Origin: Felis catus
Lineage: Eukaryota
Direction of reading: 5' to 3'
NCBI RefSeq assembly: GCF_018350175.1
Contig: NC_058383.1
Coordinates: 18,352,001-18,416,000, forward strand
DNA: 64,000 bases
The notes under the pieces were generated by a model. The model was not told where the DNA came from, ran no database searches, and saw nothing but the letters and a program-made list of their open reading frames with translations. How positions within the stretch are numbered: position 1 is the stretch's first letter; each line of letters opens with the position of its first letter. Below are positions 27,501-41,900 of this stretch, in pieces. Position numbers and translations under genes: made by a program.

Positions 27501-28181
27501 GTGTCTTCTCTCGCTTTTGTGTGCACCTGTTTGGCCTGTAAGTCACATGGTCACTCTGGTTATGGGGTAGCTCCAACCGTCAGAAAATTCTTTCTCCTTT
27601 GGAGCTGTTTTTCTCCAGCATTTGCTGTCCTGTCTCCAGGATCCCCCAGAACACAGGCCGTGTGCTCTGGCCCCGTGGGGCTTGATTGAGAGAGGGGGAC
27701 AGGATGGTCTCTTTCGAAGGGCGGTGGGCACCCTCGAGGACACCCTCTCCCCCCATCCCTACCTTCCTTTGCCTCAGACACAACAGGCTGGGGCGTGAGC
27801 CCCCGTGGGGCTGGCTACCTGTTTGGCAGTGACGTGGTGGCCCAGTTTAATGCAGCCAACGACATTGACATGATCTGTCGCGCCCACCAACTGGTGATGG
27901 AAGGTTATAAGTGGCACTTCAATGAGACTGTGCTCACTGTGTGGTCGGCTCCCAACTACTGCTACCGGTGAGCTGCCTGGGCCAGGAGGAAGGGGTGGGG
28001 TGGGGGCCCGGGCTGACCCACTCCTCTCACACCACTGCCCTCCGCTTCTAGCTGTGGGAATGTGGCAGCCATCTTGGAGCTAGATGAGCATCTCCAGAAA
28101 GATTTCATCATCTTCGAGGCTGCGCCCCAAGAGACCCGGGGCATCCCCTCCAAGAAACCCGTGGCCGATTACTTCCTGTGA
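21508..28181 (+). CDS. PPP4C: Protein phosphatase 4 catalytic subunit; exons 21508-21605, one exon in gap 24939-25081, 25642-25692, 25909-26010, 26565-26738, 26832-26958, 27778-27967, 28052-28181
   Basis: [33 protein letters not shown]; PPP motifs GDIHG, GDFVDRG, RGNHE, SAPNY; C-terminal DYFL*. AATAAA at 28459. Confidence 0.98.
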
Positions 28182-29279
28182 TCCCTCCAGCCCCTCTGGC
28201 CCTCGGACCACTGTGACTCTGCCCTCTTCTCCAGACGGAGGCCGGGCGTTAGGGGGTTGTCTCGGCTCTGCTCTCCCCCCAGAGAGGGCACTTCGAGGGT
28301 GAGGACTTTCTCTGGAGACGCTTGGAGCTTCCGCTCCATGCTCCTCTCCTTTCTCCCCACTTGAACCATGATGTTTCCAATAATTTTTTGTTTTTCTTTT
28401 TTCCTTTTTTTTTTTGTTTGTTTTTAGATAAAAAAATTTTGAGAGAAAGAAAAATTCTAATAAAAGGAGAAAAATGGCCTTTGGGTTTGTGTCAGACTCG
28501 ATTGGTATTGAGCAGCGATGCCGGCCTTGGGGCCTGGGGTAGACCTGAGGACCTTGACTGCCCCAGAGCCTCCCGGTCTGCATCCAGTGACAGTGACTTC
28601 CGGGAAGGCTTCTGCCGTGCCAGGCAGAGGGCTGGGTTCTCAGAAGCAGCCTTCTTTAATTCTCAAAACAGTGAGGGTCAGGACATTCACCTTTCCCCAC
28701 TTCCCTGAAGAGGAAACAGCACCAAAGCCGGTTGATTTACATGCACGAGGTCAAGCAGCTGGAAACTGGCAAGTGTAAATTGGGGCTCGGGTCTCCCCAC
28801 AAAACCTTTGCTCACCCAGCCCTGCCCAGGGCTAAACACCATTAGCCAATGTTTCCAGAGCACTGAGGTCTTTTGAGTTTTATTAACAAAAATACTCTGG
28901 TCCTGAGAACAAACTGGTGTGGGTTGTCCTGGGGCGAGGGGGTAGAACTTGCAGGGCCCAAGGCTGAGGCCCAGGAGGAGGGGGTGCTGGGCAGTGGCCC
29001 CATTTGGCCAGGCAGAGCCTCCCTCCATTCACACCGAGGTGAGAGCCTGGAAGGGGAAGCTGGCCCCAGCTGGACTCCCAGCAGCTTAGCCAGAGCTTTG
29101 AAGCCAGGGTGGGTGGGAGTGAAATCAAAGTGTGAAGTGGGGTGGGGGAGGCCCCCCCGGGCCGCCATTTGGTGTGGGGGATGGGGCCAGTGGAAGTGAT
29201 GGGGCTGCAGGCCTGGGGGAAGGGCGGCGGAGGTCTAGGACCGAGGACAGGGAGGGAGGCAGAGGGGCCCAGCAAGAGC

Positions 29280-33040
<3,761 letters not shown>

Positions 33041-33099
33041 GGAGTAGTCCTGTCTGGCCTCAGGTCACGCTGCCTAGAGTCCCCGGGTGCTGAGAGATG

Positions 33100-34000
33100 C
33101 CCCCTTTATAGCTCACAGCTCAGCCCCTTCCAGACCCAGGATCACAGCCCCTCCCCTATTTGGGGCCCTGGAGTTGGGCTGGGTGGAGACCCCTGGGGCC
33201 TGGAAGGGGTCCAAGAGGGGGCCGGATACCTGGGTACCCTCCCCTTCTCTGCCCCCACCCCAGGCTTCATTAGCCCCGACCCCCTGCCCCCTCATTACAT
33301 AATTAACTCCTCGGCCTGATTGATCCCCGGGGCTCGACAGGGACGCAGTTTGGCGCTTCCGGCCAGCTGGTCCCCGTTCCCACGGGGGGAGCCCCGGCTA
33401 GGGATAAGCTACTGAGGGGCGGGGCCTGGACCCTGGGATGGAGTCCATAGAGTCCCGGGGCAGACCTTGGCGCCCCACACTTTTCTAGCAGGTGACCCCC
33501 CCCCCCCCGCCCCATCCCCCTTCACTTGGAGGCCAGAGCTTGGAGGGGATGAAGCATGACCTGAGGGAAACAGCAGGGCTGGAGGGACGCGGCCTGAGCT
33601 TATTGTCACGCGGGGCACTGGGGACCTCGAGGACTCCGCAGCCGAGGCCTGAACCCTGTAGTCCTTCCTGCTTCCCATTCTGAAAAACCTCCACCCTCCG
33701 CCGAGTCTCCGAGGTGCCGAAGCACCCACCGCTCGACAGCCTCTGACGGCTGGCGCCTGGGTTTCCCAGAAGGTCCCGCGCTGGGGAACCCTCGGAACTA
33801 CGCTTCCCAGCAGGCGCAGCGCCGAGACTCGGTGCGGAGGAGACGGACGGACGCGGCTGGGGCCGCTGGAAGTTGTAGTGGCGGCGAGAGGGGCGGTGAA
33901 GCCGGCTGCGCGGTTGCCTCCCAGGAGAGCTCGCCCCTAGGCGGCGGCAAAACGCTAAAGCTGAGAAGGCGCAGATCAGCCGGGGTCAAGGCCTAGGGAG
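33100..34000 (-). promoter_or_regulatory. TBX6: TBX6 promoter / proximal enhancer
   Basis: TATAAA (minus) 33105-33110; homeodomain TAATTA at about 33300; PBX-type TGATTGAT 33317-33324; perfect RBPJ site CGTGGGAA (minus) 33377-33384; CpG-rich 33700-34000. Confidence 0.65.
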
Positions 34001-34540
34001 CCAGAGTGGGCTCGGGAATCTGCACGGACAGTGAGATCGGTCCCGGGTCTCAGATGGCTGAGTCTCCGGAGGGCAGACTCCCAGCTTTGACCGCAGTGCC
34101 TACTCCATGCCTTGTGGGGGCCCAGAAAAGAACAGGTCGACGGAGGAAGGAATCTGCATTTGAGTCCCCCTTTCCCGGATTCCACGTGAGCATGGGGCTG
34201 TCTCCACTCCATTGTTTTATTATGTACAAACGCTACAGAACAAGGGGAGCAGACACGCGTGGGGTAAAAGGGGCCCGGTGGGAGAAGTTCACAGGGCAGA
34301 CGGTGCACTGGGGCCAGGAGAGCAGCACACAGGCCATATCTATAGGGCAGGCGGGGCAGGAAGGGGTTAAAAACGAGATCCAAGCCAGCCAGATCGCAGG
34401 GAAGTGCGGGGGTGTCGTCCTCCTTCTGAGCTCCCCCCAAGGTCACAGTGCATGCAATAAAATATATGTACAGGAGCTGGATCCGTCCTCTGCAGGAGCC
34501 CTGAGGGTCCAGAGCTCCCTTCTGGTGGAGGGAAGCCAGT

Positions 34541-34555
34541 GGCGCCCCCTGGCGG
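34541..34555 (-). promoter_or_regulatory. CTCF motif in the YPEL3 3'UTR
   Basis: Minus strand CCGCCAGGGGGCGC matches the CTCF core; a weaker CCACCAGAAGGGAGC lies at 34514-34528. Confidence 0.6.
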
Positions 34556-34593
34556 TCAGGCCGGGCTCGAGCCACATGCGGCAGGAGCAGGGG

Positions 34594-36680
34594 TCAGTCC
34601 CAGCCGTTGTCTTTGATCATGTGGTTGAGTTCAATGATGTACTTCCCCTCTTTGTACTTCTGGCTGCTCTCGAAGGCCTGTTCCTGAAAAGAGGGGGAGA
34701 GGACGGCATCTCTGGAGCAAGGGCTTTACCAAAAGGGATCGGGTTGGGGAATAGATACGACTGGCCCCATTTTACATATAAGGAAACTGTCATGCAGAGA
34801 AGCCAAACCACCTGCCCACAAGACACACAGCTGGTAAATGACAGAGCCAGGTTTCTCACTAATGGGACAGACAGAGCTCTCTGAATCACCGGTACTTTTT
34901 AAGTACTAATGTTGGCTCCAACAGAGAGGATATGGAAGTTTCTAAAAGATCCGGGGATTACAAACTGGTAGCCTGAAGGGCAATTTTGGCCTACGCAGGT
35001 GTTTTATTTGGCCATCAGAGAGTTTAGTAAAAATAACTTAAAAATACTAGGATATAGGCAGGCCATGCTTACTCCAGTTTGCTACAGACCCTCCTCCCCC
35101 CCTACCCCAGATCTATGGTGCCTCTTTTGCAGACCCACAGTATGCGCTTGGCCCTTCAAACCCTTGAGTTTTTGACATCTGGATTAGGCCATCTCTTTAT
35201 TTTACAGAGGTCCAGAGAGGCCGAGCCACCTGTCCGGGGACACAAAGCACAAATCTGTGGCAAGGCCAGGCGTGAACTCACATGAGGGCGGGATGCCTGC
35301 CTCTGCTGGGGGCATCCACCTCTCAGAGGCACCAAAACTCCAAGTGAAGCCTGAGGAACCAACCATGTCCCCTACAGTTTCCCAAGAGCATCTTTTTTTG
35401 CTGCATCTAATCTGATCCCCATGACAATTTTGGGTGCCAGGTGGTGGCTTCATCCTCCACAGCCAGATAAGGAAATGAGACTCAGGTAGTGAAATCAGAC
35501 CCCGGATAGCAGCTGTGGCCATGAGGACAGTGAAAAGGAAGCTCATGGACCCAAGTTCCATGTCACTGTGGGGTCTGGGGCAACTTCTCTGAACCTCTGA
35601 ATGACAATGGAAGCCAGTGGCCGAGGATCTGGAGTTAAAAACAGACAGACAACAAAACACGCAACCAGGATTCTGGTACCTGTTCTGTTCCTTACCCGTG
35701 GTGTGACCTTGGGAAAGTTACCTACCATCTCTGGGCCTTCCTTTCTTCTGTAAAGTGGAGATAATTACAGACTCTACCCACAGGATTGTTGTAACAATGA
35801 AATGAGATAACATATGCCAAGCACATAACAGTGCGTGGCACGTAAGCATTCAATAAATGGTCATTCTGCCGATCGCCTCATCTCTAAAATGGGACGCATG
35901 TGCACGTGAGGGATGGGTGGAGAGAAAAATTCTAAAAGCCCTTGCAAGATGTGACAGAAGAGGGCATGGTCAGGGGATGAAAAGACAGTCTGACTTGAGT
36001 GAGCTGGGCCTGTACACTCTGGAAGGTTACCAGATGACTGCTTGTGAGGAGGAGGTGAAGTGAGGTTGGGTCAAAGGCTTGCCTGGGGTCAGGGGTCACG
36101 GACTCACATATTTCCAGCCCAAAGTCGTCTTGCAGTTCTCGCAGTGGATGTCAGCCACAGCATGGAGGCCTGTCAGCAGTACCCGTTCCTCGGCTGGCCC
36201 GCAGCCCACGTTCACCCTGCAGGGACATGGGGGCAGTCCCAGGGAGGGTCCCGCCATCACAAAGCCCCCCGCTAGCTTGTATCCAACTGTGTCTGTTCTT
36301 AGCATCCAAGAGAAGGGCGATCACATCAGCTTCCAACCTGAATCAGGGGACTCTGGGAGTCTCAGCACGATGCCAGGGGCCACAGGTCACAACAGAGGTC
36401 AGGGAAAGAAAGAAGGGGGACCAAATACTCACACAGAGTTGAAGAGGTAGGCACGCCCCTGACTGCCCTGGAAGGACTAAAGGGTGGAGGGAGAAAGGAA
36501 GGGAGTCAGGGCCATTGGTGGGAGAGCTGCCAGGTAGCCCCTCTCGCCTNNNNNNNNNNNNNNNNNNNNNNNNNNNNNNNNNNNNNNNNNNNNNNNNNNN
36601 NNNNNNNNNNNNNNNNNNNNNNNNNNNNNNNNNNNNNNNNNNNNNNNNNNNNNNNNNNNNNNNNNNNNNNNNNNNNNNNN
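34594..36680 (-). CDS. YPEL3: Yippee-like 3; visible exons 36476-36433, 36216-36108, 34683-34594; first coding exon in N-gap 36550-36777 (start approximate)
   Basis: [15 protein letters not shown] / [36 protein letters not shown] / [35 protein letters not shown] on the minus strand at 34216-34221. Confidence 0.95.
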
Positions 36681-37249
36681 NNNNNNNNNNNNNNNNNNNN
36701 NNNNNNNNNNNNNNNNNNNNNNNNNNNNNNNNNNNNNNNNNNNNNNNNNNNNNNNNNNNNNNNNNNNNNNNNNNNNNGACCAGGGCCACACATACGCGGG
36801 CACACCCAGGGCCATGGGGACTCTCTCCGTCACACTTGGCTGCTGTCTCCTCTCCCCAGAGGCAGCAGCTTCTCCAGGGGCCGGAACCGGCTCAGTTTTG
36901 ACTCACTGAGGAGGCCTCAAGTTGCATCACGGGGAAACTGAGGCTTGGAGAAGCCTGAGGTGAGTCACGCATCTAATTCCGGCCTCACCCCTGCGGACCT
37001 GGCAGTTGAAGCTGGAGGAAGGGGCTCTGGCGTGGATGAGCTGTCAGTTCTCATTTAGGGGGAGTATGGAGGGGTTAGGAGCTGGAGGGTCCTGAACTGC
37101 CAAGGGCGGGGCGGGGCGGGGTGGGGGGTTAGCAGCTCCACTTGAAGTACAAGGGAGTTCACCTGGGGAGAGGGTCCCTCACCTGGAAGAGGCAGAGGCC
37201 CTCACTGAAGGTGGACGGTCACCTAGGAGGGGAGGGGCTCTTACCTGGG

Positions 37250-37870
37250 GCGGGGGGGCGGGGGGCGCAGAGGCCCTGTCTATGCCGAGGGGCTCTTACC
37301 TGCATCGCGGAGCCTTACCTGAGACCCCGGGGCTCACCTGGGGCGCGGGGGTGGGGGGCGGACGCCGGGGGAAGGGGGCAGTCCTCGCTGGCGGGGCGGG
37401 GGCTCGGGGCGACGCGCAGCCCTGACGATGCGGGCCTCACCTCGCCTGGGCGCGCGGGGGCCCGGTCCGCCGAGGTGGCCTGGCCTGGGAGTGGGGGGCG
37501 CTCCTGGTGGGCGCCGTCCCCCCCGGCCCGGGTTCGCAGCCGCCGCGACTTGTTTACACCGAGACCAGCTGCTGCCGCCGCTGCGGCGGGAGGGGGAGGG
37601 GGCCGGCCTCTGGTCCCGGCGGCCGCCGTGGCCAATCGGCGCGCCGCATGCAAATGAGGGGGCGCGTCACACCGCGGCCAGCGCAGGCCTCGGCTGCCCT
37701 TCCCCCTGCTCCGGGCTCCGGCCGGCCCGGAAATGCGGCTGCGGCCCGCAAGCCAGCCAGACAGCCCCGCGGCCCGGGTCTCGTCGCCCTTCTGGCCTCC
37801 CGCGGTCCTTGAAGGGGCGAGGATCTGCGGTGCCAGACCTGGCTCGGGGTTAGGTGTCTGGACGCACGTC
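37250..37870 (-). promoter_or_regulatory. YPEL3: YPEL3 CpG-island promoter / first exon
   Basis: CpG island with forkhead/FOXO TTGTTTAC 37550-37557, CCAAT at about 37632 and octamer ATGCAAAT 37648-37655. Confidence 0.75.
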
Positions 37871-38905
37871 CCCGGGGAGATAATAGCCATAATTATCTGC
37901 ATTTAACCACCCGGTGCCCCACTCTCTTAATCCCCGCAGCAATCCTATGAGGCAGCTTTTGTTCCCCATTTTACGGGGAACAGAGGTCAAAGAGGTCTAG
38001 CCACGCTCCTGAGGTTATCCAGCCGGGAAGAGGCAACGTTGGAATTCTCACTTTGGTCCGATTCCACCGTCTTTGCCATAGCACCCGGGACAGGCTCTTG
38101 GAACGGAAGAGCTAACGGTGCCCGTCCGTCTGTGTTAGATCTCTGGGAGCCGGAGCCTGGGAACAAGTTCCCAGTTCCTACTGCTGAGCATCACCTCTTC
38201 CAGGCAGCCTCCTCTGATGCCCCTGCCTCTGCAGGCTGAGTTCGGTGTCTGCTGTGGGCTTCTCACGTGACTCTGAACAGGAAAATGTGTGCGTCTGCCC
38301 TAGGAGACTTGTCTTGTTCCCTGCAGTGGCCCCAGTACGTAGCCTGGCCTAGAGTAGTCAACAAAGGTTTGTGAAACATGTGATTCGTTCAATGCATAAG
38401 GTTCTAGGGTTGGAGAGGGTTGAGGAGTTTGGGGAACTTCTGGAATAGATCTGGAAGTGAAGGTTGGAAAGGCTGAAGCAGCAGATGAGCAAACTCTAAA
38501 CTCAGCCTCTGAGGCCATGTCCACCATCTGCGGCGCCATGAGCGGATGAAGTCCCTTGTCCTGTGCCTGTGTCTTAAGGCTCTTCATAGCCTCAAGAGAA
38601 TGGAACCTGTGGCCCTGAAGGGGCAGGAGCCTTGCTCCTTCCTGCAAGGGACATTCCTGAGGAGAGTGGAGGCCAGGCTGGCACAGGGTGTGGCATTACT
38701 CGGCCTGGAATGTGGTGGAACCAGTGGGTCAAGGTGGTTAGGGCCCCAGACTCTGGCCCTAGGCTGGCCTCTTCTGCCCTAAGTTGCCCTCTGCAGTCTG
38801 CTAGGACCTCCTCCCACCCATGCCCCCCAAACACCACCACATGACTGAAAAGAAAATATTTATTGAAGAAGAGAAATAGAGGAGAGGGTGAGGGCCTCCG
38901 GGCTG

Positions 38906-41900
38906 TTAGGAGGCCTGGGCAGCTCCTCCATGGTTGTCCAGGTAGCGCCTCAGGGCTGTGGGGTAATCTGTCATGACGCCACTGGCCCCCAGGCCATAGG
39001 CCACTTCAAAATCCGACTCTTCATTAAGGCACCAAAAGACCACCTGCGTGGGGAGGGAGGGGCTCATAGTTTCAAACAACTTTACCTGGAGTTTCCCCTT
39101 GAATCCAGATGGGGGGAGCTCTCCTCCTCTGCAGAGACCTCCCAGCAGTGGGATGCTGGAGTGGATTGTTAGTCCAGATTTTTTTGCAAACTGGTTATTA
39201 AACACAGCCATTATTAAATATTAAATTATATAAACGTGTAATTCAATAAATTACTTTAAAAACGAAGGTAATAAATACTCAAAACTCATCACTTCCTAAT
39301 GATTTTACTACATTTTACTGTTACCTAGGCTCTGGCGGTTGTTTGCATCTGCTGAATGTGTAAGGTGGAAATACTACCCAACTCTGTGCTCAGTGACTTC
39401 ATGTTGGTGGCCTGCAATCGGACAAGGTGAGAGGATGCACACCCAGGGAAATAAATCGCCTATTGCTCACATCAGAGCATTTTGTTCCCCCTCCCCTGGA
39501 AAGCCGGCTGTGAGGTCTCCAGGCCTGCCCGAATCCGCTGCTGCTGTGTGTCTGTCCTGACGCCTGAATCCTCTCCCGTGGGCATGGTGGTAGGTAGAGA
39601 TGGTGTCTGTACCCTGGGCAAGTCACTGGACCTTTCGGTTTCTTAACGTGACAAATGGGAACGATGGGCCAACCTCCAGAGTTGTGGTGAAGGCCCACGG
39701 AGTGGAGGCGCTGTGGAGGTGCTAATCTGAAAGAGGCACGTCCTCCCCATGCCTCACTCACCCCCACCTCCGGGCTGTGGAGTGCTGCTGGCCCGTCAGC
39801 CAGCTGGTCCACCCATCCCACTGCTGACGCCTCAGCCCAGGACCAGTCAGCGACGGCATCTGCCTCCTGAGATTCTCTGCTCCTACCCTGGCGCCCATGA
39901 TCGCTTCTCCACGTCGGTGGCCCTTCCTTAATCCCAGACTCTACTGGATCAGGTCTCTGCCCTGCTTCAGGCCCTCCAAAGCTTCCCGTCCTCCAGGCTG
40001 AAGTCCAGGTTCCTTCCTGAGGTTCACAGGCCGCCTGCCTCAGCCTCGGCCGCCTCCTCCGGCTCCCCTCGCCCCACGCCGCGGCCTGGTGGAACCTCTC
40101 TCAGCTCCTCCTCCTCCTGCCGTGGCCTCTTGCTCCCCGCAGCTTTCCCACAGGCTGAGCCTGCCTGAGAGGCTCTCCTTTCCCCCTCCGCGCGAGCCAG
40201 CTCCTCACTTCTTCCAGAGGGCCTCCTGTGACCCCACAGACCACAGGGCTGTTTCCTTTCTGTCCACTTGGTGCCTGTGAGTGCCCGTTTCCTTCCTCTG
40301 CCCCTGATTTGACTCCCTGCTCCACCCCTGGTACCACAGTGCCTGGAATGTAGTCCGTTCTCAACAAAGGTTTGCTAGTTAAATGATCAAAGTGGATGCT
40401 CAGGGGAGGGGCCGGGCCGGTTTTTTTCCCCAGCCCCACTCACCCCCTCCTCAGGAATCAGGACAGTAGGTTCAATGCAGCATCATGGCGATAATGGCTA
40501 CACTTGTCAAGCCATTACTAAGTACCGGTTAAATGCACCATCACCCCCATTTCACAAATCAAGAGACTGAGACTCCGAAGGTGACCTGCCCAGGGGACCC
40601 AGTTAGTCGGTAGCAGAGCTGTTCACTGGAACGCTGTGCTAGGCCCACACTGTGAATCACCCACTTGCTGAGGGCGTGGAGGTCAAGCCTCACCTGCACT
40701 CCTCGCTGCTCCAGGTGGTGGATCAGACTTTTCCTCATGATTAACCTAGTGGGGAGAGGGTGGCAAAGGCCACGATGAGAGGGGACTAAGAAGGGCAGCG
40801 GCAGGTCTCCACGGGGACACGCCATCCAGCATCCTCACCCCCTCACCATTTGGAAATCACAGCTGCCAGCTGGTTCAGCCCAGAGCAGGAAAATGGGAAG
40901 TAGGTCCTGCAGAGAGGTGGAATCATGATCAGCCCCCTGCGTCTCAGTCTGTCACAGGAGTGGGGTGGTAGTGACCCCTGACCGGTGTTACCCTGGCGCC
41001 TCTAGAAGCCCATATGAAAAAGTCACCTGTTGTTTAGTGAGATTCTTCTATGTGCACATCTGTGCCTCTATACTTTGAGAGTGTGCCCTCCCTCGCTGTT
41101 GTACAGAGGAGGAAACTCAGTTTTGGAGAGCTAAGGTGACTTGCCCAAGGTGTCGCAGCAAATCTGTGGTGGGGTCAGGGCCAAGACCAGAACCCAGCTT
41201 GATTCTCAAGCTAGATGCACAATCTAAAGGTCCCCTGGTTGGGCCCGACCAGCTTCTTGTGACCAGACAACACTCCAGTGAGTCGGCTACTTGCCCATGA
41301 TTGGCCCGCTTCAGGGATGACTTTAGAGGCCCTTTACAATGTCCCAGCACAGGTTTTGGGGTCAGACCCAGACAAACCCAGGCCCTGCGCTTCTAGCTGT
41401 GTGGCCTTGAGCAAATTACAGAACCTCTCTGAGCCTCAGATTCTCCATGGGTACTGAGGGGGCGGTGTCATGATTCTAGTACCTTCTGGGTTGCCATAGA
41501 TAAAGCTCTAACCAACCAAAGGATGTGAAAACACTTTGCAAACACTGTATGAGAAGGTCTGTACACAAAGTTCGGTAGTCTAATGATGTCTTTGTAGCAA
41601 GAGATTGTGGGGGCTGGCTGAGAGCTTCCCTCAGGATAACACAGGGGAGAAGGAAGCCTAGGAGCTGCCACAGTTCTCAGAAAGGGAAGGGAGGGGCCAG
41701 GCTTCAGAGCTGGTGAAGTATCCAAATTTCTGATACTTTACCCAGCTGTTACTTTGTTAATCCCACTCTCCCAGCAGGAAAAAACTTGCTTTTCCTTTTG
41801 AGAATCAGAGAATACTATAATTGATTGATATCTGTCTCCCAGCCAGACTATAAGCTCACCGAGGGCCTTACTCCACTCACACTGGGTTTACTAGTGTCAC

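Noticed and set aside
34006-34884. 292-aa plus-strand ORF
   Set aside because: Antisense to the YPEL3 last exon/3'UTR, non-ATG start, no protein-like features.
36778-36810. Possible N-terminally extended YPEL3 isoform from ATG at 36793
   Set aside because: The frame cannot be followed through the N-gap, so neither presence nor loss can be supported.
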